From Patescibacteria group bacterium (GTDB lineage Bacteria; Patescibacteriota; Minisyncoccia; UBA6257; GWB1-50-10), in assembly GCA_038065455.1 (NCBI GenBank), contig JBBTQX010000002.1, positions 1-64,000 on the forward strand: a stretch of DNA of 64,000 nt. Reading direction: 5' to 3'. How positions within the stretch are numbered: the first letter of the stretch is position 1; every line of letters starts with the position of its first letter. Below are positions 43,307 to 52,142 of this stretch, piece by piece. A program made the translations under genes and the position numbers. The notes below the pieces were generated by a model. The model ran no database searches. It was not told the DNA's origin and worked only from the letters and a program-made list of their open reading frames with translations.

Positions 43307-46142
43307 CTGTTTTTATTTCTTCCTCCGTTAAGCCGTAGAGCTTATATACCTCCTCATCAATTTTCTTGTCGGTTCTTCCTATTTCGGATTTCAGTCGTTC
43401 CCATTCGTTGGAATTTTCCTCGACGTCGTGAAATTCTTTATTAAGAAGGATTATCTTATCAACATAAGAAATTATTAATTTCTGCGATGCCTCGTCTGCA
43501 ATATAAATTGGTAGATCTAATAGTGGCTCCTTATCTATTTGTAGTTGATCACCCTGTAATTTCCCCTTATTTCTTAACCAGAAATGCATGATGTTTGAAT
43601 TGAGTAATCCAAGAACATATTTGAGATTCACTTTATCCAATTTTAAAATTATAAAAGCTCTTGTAACATAACAAGGAAAATCAACATATGAAAAGGATGG
43701 TTTTATGGTTTTCCTTATTGAAAAAATACAGTGGCCCTCAAAAAATCTTTCTTCGCGTGCCCTATGAAGACCATAGGGAGCATACACAGAAGTTAAAATT
43801 TTAGAAAATTTATCTAGGTGTTTTTTGAGATTAGGAAACTGTTCAATATGTTCCCGGAAATAACTGTCCGCATAAATTATACGGAGGCTTGTGTTTTTAA
43901 TAGATAAGTATCTATTTATTTCTTTTGTTGTATAGTACGGTCTTAAATATTGATCTTCAGGTTTTGTTGGTGAAAGTTCTTTAATTTCGTCCTCAGATAA
44001 AATAAATATGCCATCGCCTTTCTTTATTGTTTTATCTGACAAACCCTGTAGGTGCTTTTCAGTGATAAAATCTTGCAAAACATCAATGCCATTACCGACA
44101 TCTTTTTCGTTAATGTGGTAATTCTGTTTTGATTTTATCTTTTCTAGGAGAATGTCTTTATTGCTCTCGGTAAAAATTAAAAAGTGGCCCAGTAATTTTT
44201 CTGGTTTAATCTCAATTTCGGTTTTTTCACCAAAAATTCTGGAAATAAGTTCGTTTTCCGCTATATTCCTATCGGGAATCCTTAAATAACTTACCTTGTA
44301 TTTTTCATCTGGTTTTCCTTTTTTAAAGGTAAAAATCATTGTTTGAATCCCAGCTTGTTCAAAAACCTTATAGTCACCAAAATCTAGGAAGGATTTTAGT
44401 TCGCCATCTTTTAAAATTTTATCTCTAAAAATATCTGCGCCGGCATTGCTTACCCAATTATTCGGAGCGATAAAACTCAAAATTCCCCCGTCTTTAAGTA
44501 AATCTATTGAAATGCACGCAAACATTGTCCAAATATCCATTTTACCCTGATAATATGGGCTATCGTGCAGACCATTAAAAGCTTCTTTATTCACAAACTC
44601 CTTGATATACGGCGGGTTTCCGATAATCACATCAAACCCGCCTTGTTTGAAAACCTCCGGAAATTCCTCTTCCCAGTTAAACGGCTTCTTATTGCGAAAA
44701 TTTGCACCAAAATGCTTTTTAAGTTCCGAGTCGGTGCCCGAAATGAGCGAGTTTCCATTCTTTATATTTTTATCGAGCGATGGCAGCTTCTGCCTTTCAT
44801 TTAAAGCGCCTACAAGAAGATTTAATCTGGCGATTTCAACCGCTTGCTCGTCCAGATCAACCCCATAGATATTCTCTAAAAGTATTTGGATTTTTGTGAA
44901 AACATTCCCTGGTGCGCCCATTTTCTTGTATTTTTCATTGATAAGTTCCAACGCCTGAACAAGAAACGAACCGGAACCACAGGCCGGGTCCAGTACCTTT
45001 ATCTTCTTCAAATCCTCTATAGTGTTGCACTTTTCCAAAACCGGCCCCAAGGCGTTTTTCACGATATACTCAACGATAAAATGGGGCGTGTAATAAATCC
45101 CCTGCTCCTTGCGCTTCTTAGCATCCTTATGAACTTCTACGCCCTTCTTTGATTGAGAAAGTTTATAGCCGAGATAGTTTTCATAAACTGTTCCTAGAAC
45201 ATCAGCGGGCATCGCCTTGAAATCATATTCATAATAGCCCGGTTTGCCGTAGAGAATCTGAATAACTTTCTCCGTGGCGTCGCCATATTCCTCCCATTCT
45301 TCAAACGGGTGTTCGGAAAAAAGATTGGAATTGTAGGTTTTATCCAATTCCCTGAATTTATCCACCATGTGCTTGTAAAGCGGCACCTCGTTTTGGTCTT
45401 TGCGATTTTTCCATTCACGAAGCAATGGGATAAGCGTTGGCGGTTCAATTCCTCTATCCTCGGCAACACGTAAAAAGATAAGTCTGTCCAAAAGCTTTTG
45501 AACGCCTTCATCTAAAAATTGGGGGGCAATTTTAGAATTCCAAGCCTTCAACGATTTAGTAAGAATCTCCCGACATTCGTTCAGGTCGTTGAATAACAGC
45601 GAAGTTACCGGAATTTTCTGGAATTTCTTTCCGAATTTTTCTGCCTCTGTATCGATAAGATTTTTCTCGAATGATTCTCTTGATAAGAGCGAAAGTTGGT
45701 CAAAACATTCAATATATCTATCGTAGGAAATTTCAAAGAGAAGTTTGGCGGCCAATGTCGCTTTCGCATCCTGCGTGTTGAAAACTTTTATACTCTCAAA
45801 GTCGGTAAGCACTGCCCAAGTTACGCCCTTATTCCAAGAATATCTTATTGCTTGTTTGGCATATTCTTCGCGATGCAAATCCACCTTAAGTGATTTGGCC
45901 TCTAAATAGAATTTCGCCCGGCCATTTAAATAAAATCCGTAATCAACTCTATCCGAGGATGATAAATTTTCTTCCGCTGAAACCTCATTTTTGTTATGGA
46001 CATCCCACCCAAGCGCTTCAAAAATCGGCAGAATAAAATCTTTTTTTGTTTCCTCTTCCGTATAACTCTTTATCTTGCCGGCCGATTTAGCAATTTCATA
46101 CTTATCAATAAGCAACCTTATCTTCTCTTTCGGGTCATTCAT
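43290..46142 (-). CDS. Type IIG restriction-modification enzyme (nuclease + N6-MTase + TaqI-C-like TRD)
   Basis: RVDY...EAK nuclease motif, GIYYTP, LDPACGSGSFL, IGNPPY, LLNS, IDEEVYKLYGLT; AT-rich. Confidence 0.92.
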   Translation of the reverse strand: MNDPKEKIRLLIDKYEIAKSAGKIKSYTEEETKKDFILPIFEALGWDVHNKNEVSAEENLSSSDRVDYGFYLNGRAKFYLEAKSLKVDLHREEYAKQAIRYSWNKGVTWAVLTDFESIKVFNTQDAKATLAAKLLFEISYDRYIECFDQLSLLSRESFEKNLIDTEAEKFGKKFQKIPVTSLLFNDLNECREILTKSLKAWNSKIAPQFLDEGVQKLLDRLIFLRVAEDRGIEPPTLIPLLREWKNRKDQNEVPLYKHMVDKFRELDKTYNSNLFSEHPFEEWEEYGDATEKVIQILYGKPGYYEYDFKAMPADVLGTVYENYLGYKLSQSKKGVEVHKDAKKRKEQGIYYTPHFIVEYIVKNALGPVLEKCNTIEDLKKIKVLDPACGSGSFLVQALELINEKYKKMGAPGNVFTKIQILLENIYGVDLDEQAVEIARLNLLVGALNERQKLPSLDKNIKNGNSLISGTDSELKKHFGANFRNKKPFNWEEEFPEVFKQGGFDVIIGNPPYIKEFVNKEAFNGLHDSPYYQGKMDIWTMFACISIDLLKDGGILSFIAPNNWVSNAGADIFRDKILKDGELKSFLDFGDYKVFEQAGIQTMIFTFKKGKPDEKYKVSYLRIPDRNIAENELISRIFGEKTEIEIKPEKLLGHFLIFTESNKDILLEKIKSKQNYHINEKDVGNGIDVLQDFITEKHLQGLSDKTIKKGDGIFILSEDEIKELSPTKPEDQYLRPYYTTKEINRYLSIKNTSLRIIYADSYFREHIEQFPNLKKHLDKFSKILTSVYAPYGLHRAREERFFEGHCIFSIRKTIKPSFSYVDFPCYVTRAFIILKLDKVNLKYVLGLLNSNIMHFWLRNKGKLQGDQLQIDKEPLLDLPIYIADEASQKLIISYVDKIILLNKEFHDVEENSNEWERLKSEIGRTDKKIDEEVYKLYGLTEEEIKTVEGEN

Positions 46143-46148
46143 CTTATT

Positions 46149-47885
46149 TTATTCCGCCAGAATCTTTACCTTGTTCAAATAATTGGGAACGGATTTTACC
46201 CAGAAAGGCCAGAAAGAAATGTTGGCTTTTTGGAGGCCCGGCAGAGCGAAAATTTGTGTTTTGAGCGTTTCGCCGTCGAGGCCGAGAATCTGATTTTTGA
46301 AACTTTCCAAATTTATCTTCGGTTCGTAGGTAAGGACGCCGTTCACCGAAAAAGTCATCTTGCCGGCGGCGAAATCCGCGGTACTCGTCGAATAGTCCAT
46401 CGAGAAATTCCTGACCGTAATCTCCTCGGTCGATGTACTCAAAAAATCCACCAGAGCATCTCGGAGCATTCCCTCGTTGAAACCCAGTTGGCGCAACTCC
46501 CCTGCCACGAGGACGCTGAAATTGCCGTCCTGGTCGACTTGGCTCGAAACATTCTCGCTCGTCACTTTGAATTCCGAACCGTTATCCATTATTTTCAAAT
46601 TCTGCGAATCCAAAATCATCGTTTTGCTTTTAAGCGTATTCAAAAGCGCTTCTTCTATTTTCGCCTTCGCGCCGCTCACATCGCTTTCGGAAGGAACGAT
46701 CTGATTGCCTTCCGCTCCGCCCGTCATCGAGGATATTGATTCGGCATAGAATCCTTTATAGAGCGCCGGCGTCGCCTTGAAGCCCGGTATCTTCCATCCT
46801 CCACTCGGGGGCAAGTTGTAATCCGAACCCGCCTTATCCGCCACGACTTTCACCTCGACGGATGACGGCGTTCCATTCGCGGTTTTCATTCCCGGTACCA
46901 CGGCCCTATTCACCAATCTGAAAATTTTTCCTTCCGGAGATTCAAAACGGGTAGTCGCTACGAGCGTCTGGGACTTGGTGCTATAGACGTTATAAACGGT
47001 AAGCGTTCCGCCAGCCTTGGTACTCAAGGTGGAGCTGCCGGTTGCGGGAAAATTCATACTTAGATTCCCGGGCGCCACCGAAAGCTGGCCGGGCAGACTC
47101 GCCGCGTTGCCGCTCACGGAAGGAGTATTCACCTCTTTATCCGCCGTTACCCGAATGGAAAACGGAACAGTAGTTTTTTGTATGAAAATGTTGATTATTG
47201 CTCTGGGCAGAATGTCCGCCACCGCGAAATATCCCGCCGCCAAAACGACGGCCGTGCTGACGAGCATTATCGCCCAGAATTTTTTTCCGCGCTTCGCTTT
47301 CTTTTCGACATTCCTTTCAATCCTTTCGAAATTCTTTTCGATTCTTTCTTCCACTATCGGAGCCGGAATGTATTTCACCAATTCCTCTTCCGACGCGACG
47401 GGCTCCGTAATCGGAATTTTGGTTTCTTCGATTGCCGGGGCTTTTTTCTTTCTCGCGACTCTCGGCTTTTTCACCCCGGACTTCCTCGCCGGTTTTCGTC
47501 CCTCGATTTTTTCCTTCCCTCCGCGTTCCGCGTTCGGGACTTCGCTTTGCCTGACCAATTCTATTTCGGCCGCACCGACATCATCCAATCCCGGCAAAAT
47601 ATCCACCACAGATCTTTCCCTGGTTTTGAAAACCGGATTTATGGCCGGAATAGTCGCCAAGGACGCCAATTCCAGAATACGCTCGTCCACCGATTCTATC
47701 GCCAATTCCTTGCCGGCCGTTTCACACTCGCGCTCCAGTATTTGGAAATTATGGACCGAGGAACCCAGAACGGAGTTTTTGGGAATATTGAGAATGATTT
47801 TTTCCGCCTCGACGGCAGTCAGCTGGCCGACTACTTTGTTCAAGTCGTCGTCTTTGTCCAAAAATATCTTTTTTTCCGATGCCAT
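46149..47885 (-). CDS. Hypothetical membrane-anchored protein with baseplate-J-like extracellular domain
   Basis: Single TM at ~aa 200; VYN..S..QTLVATTRF...AGSDYNL...MTGG; SFWPFWVKSVP. Confidence 0.6.
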   Translation of the reverse strand: MASEKKIFLDKDDDLNKVVGQLTAVEAEKIILNIPKNSVLGSSVHNFQILERECETAGKELAIESVDERILELASLATIPAINPVFKTRERSVVDILPGLDDVGAAEIELVRQSEVPNAERGGKEKIEGRKPARKSGVKKPRVARKKKAPAIEETKIPITEPVASEEELVKYIPAPIVEERIEKNFERIERNVEKKAKRGKKFWAIMLVSTAVVLAAGYFAVADILPRAIINIFIQKTTVPFSIRVTADKEVNTPSVSGNAASLPGQLSVAPGNLSMNFPATGSSTLSTKAGGTLTVYNVYSTKSQTLVATTRFESPEGKIFRLVNRAVVPGMKTANGTPSSVEVKVVADKAGSDYNLPPSGGWKIPGFKATPALYKGFYAESISSMTGGAEGNQIVPSESDVSGAKAKIEEALLNTLKSKTMILDSQNLKIMDNGSEFKVTSENVSSQVDQDGNFSVLVAGELRQLGFNEGMLRDALVDFLSTSTEEITVRNFSMDYSTSTADFAAGKMTFSVNGVLTYEPKINLESFKNQILGLDGETLKTQIFALPGLQKANISFWPFWVKSVPNYLNKVKILAE

Positions 47886-47901
47886 TGGCTTTTATTTTAA
47901 C

Positions 47902-49026
47902 CTAGAAATTGGGAATCAGCCACTTCACCCGACGCTTTAAAAGCCGGTTTAGATACTCGAATTTCGGAAGATCATATTCGAAAACCAAAAGAGCTAGGGC
48001 ATTCTGTTCGATGAGCGGTTCGAAGCCCAAAGCGGCATTTTTTTTCTTTATAATATACTCTTTACGCTCCAATTCCTCATCGACCCGGATAGCCGCCCCG
48101 GGGAAATTCTTGATCCGGCCGGAAAAATAGATTTTAGGCCGGCTGATTTTTGTTTTTTTCTTGAGCGGCTCCAAAAGACCGGCGAGCTCCCGAACGCTTT
48201 CGTTCACTCTTCCTTCCAGCCATTTTTTTACCTTGACCGAAACATTGTTTTCGAAATAAAGGCGGATTATCGCTCTGGCCGAGGCTTCGTCTATGCCCAG
48301 TTCGGCGGCTACTCCGCCGGTAAAAGTCCCCGTCCCCCAGCCATAACCGACTTCAAAGGCTTTTTCGTTTCCGTGGACTTTGAAAACCGAGGTGGCGGTC
48401 TCGCCGATCTGAACCGAAAAGCTCCCGGATTCGGGAAGGAAGTCCCCCAAAACGCTCGCGCTTTCGAAGACGAATATCTTGCCCCAGTCTTTGAAGCGTT
48501 CCAGAGAAGGCAAAGTTTCGCGCGGAACGAATGTGCCTCGGATTTTCAAATTCAATTCTTTTCCTTCAAAGCCGACCGGGTTATACATTTTGTGAGTTCC
48601 AATGGAAACATCGCGTACCTGGACATAAGCCATAATCAAATCCGAGTCGCTCGTCTTCATTTTTTTGGCCGCCATCGCCCGATAGCGATTCAGAAAATCC
48701 CAAAATCCTTTGTGGACCAGTTGGTCCATTTCGCTTTCGGTTATCGCTTCATTGGGTTTCGGGCGCTTCAAAACCACGGTATTTTCCGCGGTCGTGGCTC
48801 TTTCGCTTCCGAGTGAAAAAATTATGTAGTCCGTCTTCTTGGTAGGCCGCCTCACGCCATCCAAATCCTTCACCGCGTACCCTTCGCAAATCGTGATTTC
48901 TTTCTTCTTCAGATTCCGATAGGCTCGCGTAACCTCATACGCGCCGTTCCATTCCTCCACCAGAAGGAAATATTCCCGGCTGCCGTTCCAAAAATTCTGA
49001 ACGAAATTCCACGTTTTCCAGACCAT
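47902..49026 (-). CDS. Hypothetical protein, possibly a degenerate FtsA/actin-like fold
   Basis: RPKPNEAITESEM, NPVGFEG, QIGETATSV, GTGTFT..VA.ELGI. Confidence 0.5.
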   Translation of the reverse strand: MVWKTWNFVQNFWNGSREYFLLVEEWNGAYEVTRAYRNLKKKEITICEGYAVKDLDGVRRPTKKTDYIIFSLGSERATTAENTVVLKRPKPNEAITESEMDQLVHKGFWDFLNRYRAMAAKKMKTSDSDLIMAYVQVRDVSIGTHKMYNPVGFEGKELNLKIRGTFVPRETLPSLERFKDWGKIFVFESASVLGDFLPESGSFSVQIGETATSVFKVHGNEKAFEVGYGWGTGTFTGGVAAELGIDEASARAIIRLYFENNVSVKVKKWLEGRVNESVRELAGLLEPLKKKTKISRPKIYFSGRIKNFPGAAIRVDEELERKEYIIKKKNAALGFEPLIEQNALALLVFEYDLPKFEYLNRLLKRRVKWLIPNF

Positions 49027-49054
49027 TACTAATTAGTATAGCTCAATTCTTTTC

Positions 49055-50788
49055 CTACTCCACTGTGGCGCGGATGCGCCGGATGCCGGCCGCCACCGCC
49101 TCTTCTTTGATGATTTTGAACTTCCCTACCTCCCCCGTGCGCGCCACATGCGGCCCGCCGCAGAATTCGATGGAAAATGATTTTTCAAATTGGGGACTTT
49201 CCGCTGTCGCACCCTTCGGGCCGACCGAATAGATTGATACAATATCGGGATACTTCTGGCCGAATTCGTGCTCGGCGCCGAGCTTCTCCGCCTCTTCGCG
49301 GGCGATTTCGCTGTGCACGACCGGCAAGTCTTCCGCAATCTTTTCGTTCACTATCCGCTCCGTTTCTTTTTTCTGCTCGTCCGTCATTTTCGCATTATGT
49401 ATAAAATCCATCCGCAGACGCTCGCTTGTGATGTTGCTTCCCCGCTGTTTCACCTCCGGCCCCAGCACGATTTGGAGCGCTTTGAGAAGAAGATGGTGGG
49501 CTGTATGCAAACGTATAGTTTTTTCCGAATGGTCGGCAAGGCCGCCCTTGAACTGCCCAGCCGAAGACGTCCGAGATAATTCTTGATGGGCTGATTTTCT
49601 GCGTTCGAAATCTGCCTTATCGATTGAAACTCCCTTCTCTTTCGCCAACTCCTCAATCATCTCAATCGGCAAGCCGTGCGTCTGGTACAGGTCGAAAACG
49701 ATTTCTCCGGTCAACTCCGCTTTTTCGAATTCCCGTGCTCCTTTTTTCAACGCTTCGGAAAAAGCTTCTTTTTCCTTATTAAACTCATCAAGCACTAGCT
49801 CCCGGTTTAATTCCGGATAGAACCCCTCGTAATTTTCGAATACTTCGCCGAATAGATGTTCGGCTAACTCTTCGTTTTTGGAAAGATGGAGATGAACCAT
49901 TACCCGCCTCATCAAGCGCCGGAGGACATATCCGGCTTCTTTATTGGACGGCTTCACGCCATCGGAAATCAAAAATGCGATGCCGCGGATATGGTCGCTT
50001 AAAATACGGCGCGTCCGAACTTCCATTTCTTCCGGCAAAAGGGCTATTATCGGCGCAAATAAATCTGTTTCGAATATAGTCGCCTTCTTCTGCGACACCA
50101 TAGTAAGTCTCTCCAAACCCATGCCCGTATCCACGCCCGGCGTTTCGAGCGGGGTAAGTTTTTGATTTTTCGCGTAGAACTGATTGAAAACGATATTCCA
50201 AACCTCGACGGCTTTCCCAGCAGCGTTTTTCACGTAAATTTCCGTTGTCGGACCGCACGGGCCTTCGTTCCCCGTCGGACCCCAGAAAACGTCCACGCCC
50301 TCGCGGATTATTTTTTTCTCCGGCATCCCGATATCTTTCCAGATATCGTAGGATTCTTGGTCGAACGGCACGCCGTTTTTCCGCCAATCTCCTGCCGGCA
50401 CCTTGACCGGATCAAAAATCGTCACATAATCGATATCCAATCCCATTTCTTTCACGATGAAATCGTGGCCGAATCGAATGGCTTCTTTTTTGAAATATCC
50501 GCCGAAGGAAAAATTGCCGAGCATTTCGAAGAATGTCAGATGACTTTCATCCCCCACTTCGTCTATATCCGAAGTGCGGAAGCATTTTTGAACCGAGGCG
50601 GTATTCTTCGAATTGAAATCCTTCATCGGGTCGGAATCGTTCGTGTAGTAGGGCTTGAACTGCTGCATGCCCGCAGTCGTAAGGAGCACCGACGGATCGT
50701 CGGGAATCAAAGATGAGGACGGCACGACCGCGTGCCCGTTCTTCTCAAAAAACTCCAGGAATTTTCTGCGTATCTCCGAAGAGGTCAT
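49055..50788 (-). CDS. alaS: Alanine--tRNA ligase (short, lacks C-Ala)
   Basis: TTAGMQQFK, HLTFFEMLGNFS, DTGMGLER, HTAHHLL, EFCGGPHV, GIRRI. Confidence 0.97.
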   Translation of the reverse strand: MTSSEIRRKFLEFFEKNGHAVVPSSSLIPDDPSVLLTTAGMQQFKPYYTNDSDPMKDFNSKNTASVQKCFRTSDIDEVGDESHLTFFEMLGNFSFGGYFKKEAIRFGHDFIVKEMGLDIDYVTIFDPVKVPAGDWRKNGVPFDQESYDIWKDIGMPEKKIIREGVDVFWGPTGNEGPCGPTTEIYVKNAAGKAVEVWNIVFNQFYAKNQKLTPLETPGVDTGMGLERLTMVSQKKATIFETDLFAPIIALLPEEMEVRTRRILSDHIRGIAFLISDGVKPSNKEAGYVLRRLMRRVMVHLHLSKNEELAEHLFGEVFENYEGFYPELNRELVLDEFNKEKEAFSEALKKGAREFEKAELTGEIVFDLYQTHGLPIEMIEELAKEKGVSIDKADFERRKSAHQELSRTSSAGQFKGGLADHSEKTIRLHTAHHLLLKALQIVLGPEVKQRGSNITSERLRMDFIHNAKMTDEQKKETERIVNEKIAEDLPVVHSEIAREEAEKLGAEHEFGQKYPDIVSIYSVGPKGATAESPQFEKSFSIEFCGGPHVARTGEVGKFKIIKEEAVAAGIRRIRATVE

Positions 50789-50805
50789 CTATACAATCTA
50801 GAGAA

Positions 50806-51228
50806 TTACCTCAAACTCATCAAGACGGCGCCGGCCGTGAGAAGCGCCGCGCCAAGGCCGGATTTCCAAGTCAGGTTTTCCCCTAAAAAGAGAATAGCGA
50901 GAACGAGCACAAAAACCACGCTTAGCCTATCCAAAGCCGCGACACCAGAGGCCGGGCCGTTCTTCAGGGCGAAGAAGTAGAAGAGCCACGAAAGCGCCCC
51001 GGCAACGCCGGAAAGAGCGATAAAAACCAGGGCTTTGTTATCTATGGATCTAAACGATTCCCAACTTCCGAGGCCAAAAGAAACGGCCAAAAGGAAAACT
51101 GCCATTATAACGGCGCGGACGGTCGTAGCAAGCGTCGAGTCGATGTTCGATATCCCGATTTTGCCGAAGACGGCGACGAGCGCCGCCGAAACAGCCGATA
51201 ACAAAGCGAAAAATATCCAACTAGGCAT
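50806..51228 (-). CDS. EamA/DMT family small transporter
   Basis: WIFFALLSA...KIG...STLATTVR...LDRLSVV...LFLGE. Confidence 0.9.
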   Translation of the reverse strand: MPSWIFFALLSAVSAALVAVFGKIGISNIDSTLATTVRAVIMAVFLLAVSFGLGSWESFRSIDNKALVFIALSGVAGALSWLFYFFALKNGPASGVAALDRLSVVFVLVLAILFLGENLTWKSGLGAALLTAGAVLMSLR

Positions 51229-51646
51229 TGATTTTATTATACCTCAAAGAAAATGTGAGGCCGAGAGCGAAAAGAATAATTGAATCGAAAGCCGAGAAGA
51301 GGCAATAAAAACAAAGCGAATGGATTATGAAAAGCTGGACATATAAGAACCAAAGCGAGGCAATAAATCCGAAAATCGTCAAAAGCCCGGCCAAGAAGAA
51401 CAATTTTTCGTCTCTCTTTATAAACGAAATAAGAGAAAGAATGAATATGCCGAGATAATAAACCACGCCGAGGAGCGACACCGGCACCGAGCCTAGTGTG
51501 GCATAGGAGCTTTGGAGCACCAAATCGCAGGTATTTATAAGCAGACAAACTACCGACACATCCTGATAATGCGTTATCGTAAGATATGTAGCATCAATCA
51601 ATCCAAGAAAGCTCAATACCAAAAAAATTATCGCTATTTTTTTCAT
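51221..51646 (-). CDS. Vitamin K epoxide reductase (VKOR) family protein
   Basis: C....CDLVLQSSYA..GSVPVS.LG; CFYC. Confidence 0.9.
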   Translation of the reverse strand: MKKIAIIFLVLSFLGLIDATYLTITHYQDVSVVCLLINTCDLVLQSSYATLGSVPVSLLGVVYYLGIFILSLISFIKRDEKLFFLAGLLTIFGFIASLWFLYVQLFIIHSLCFYCLFSAFDSIILFALGLTFSLRYNKINA

Positions 51647-51662
51647 TTTAAATTAGTCTATG

Positions 51663-51686
51663 GGTGGTATAATTGACTATACCACC
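51663..51686. repeat. Family D palindrome, copy 3 (contains the doxX stop codon)
   Basis: GGTGGTATAATTGACTATACCACC. Confidence 0.75.
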
Positions 51687-52135
51687 TGGTTTTTTACTCT
51701 GGATACTTTGCCATCCAAGCCGAAATAATTTCCGGCGTCCATTATGAAGAATAAAATAAGTAGCGCGGCGTAGATAACATGGTCGTCCACGATAAATCCG
51801 TTCGCCACGACCGGAAAAGCGTTGCCGGCAAAATAATACAAAACCATTAAAAGCGCCCCGGGGATGGCGCTCCACCGCACGAAGAGCCCCAATATAAGGG
51901 AAATGCCCAAAAGCAAAAGTGCCCATTCGTTTATGAAATTCACAACCCCGATGACACTCGGCCCGGCAAACCAGGCATATAATCCGGAAAATGTCTTGGC
52001 ATTAGCCAGGAATCCCGCCGCGCTCCAACTCGCGTCCAATATCTTCACGAGTCCGGCATAAAAGAAAATCCAGCCCAGCGCTATTCTCCCGACAGCCAGC
52101 CAAACCTTCGTATTTTTATTTAAAATATTTTCCAT
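51677..52135 (-). CDS. DoxX family membrane protein
   Basis: RIALGWIFFYAGLVK...WSAAGFL...LILGLFVR...GLD; ATG 52135 follows TATAAT. Confidence 0.88.
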   Translation of the reverse strand: MENILNKNTKVWLAVGRIALGWIFFYAGLVKILDASWSAAGFLANAKTFSGLYAWFAGPSVIGVVNFINEWALLLLGISLILGLFVRWSAIPGALLMVLYYFAGNAFPVVANGFIVDDHVIYAALLILFFIMDAGNYFGLDGKVSRVKNQVV

Positions 52136-52142
52136 ACTTCGA

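Noticed and set aside
49055-50788. Short alaS (and short proS) as pseudogenes
   Set aside because: Catalytic motifs intact and ORFs clean; shortened forms are known in reduced genomes
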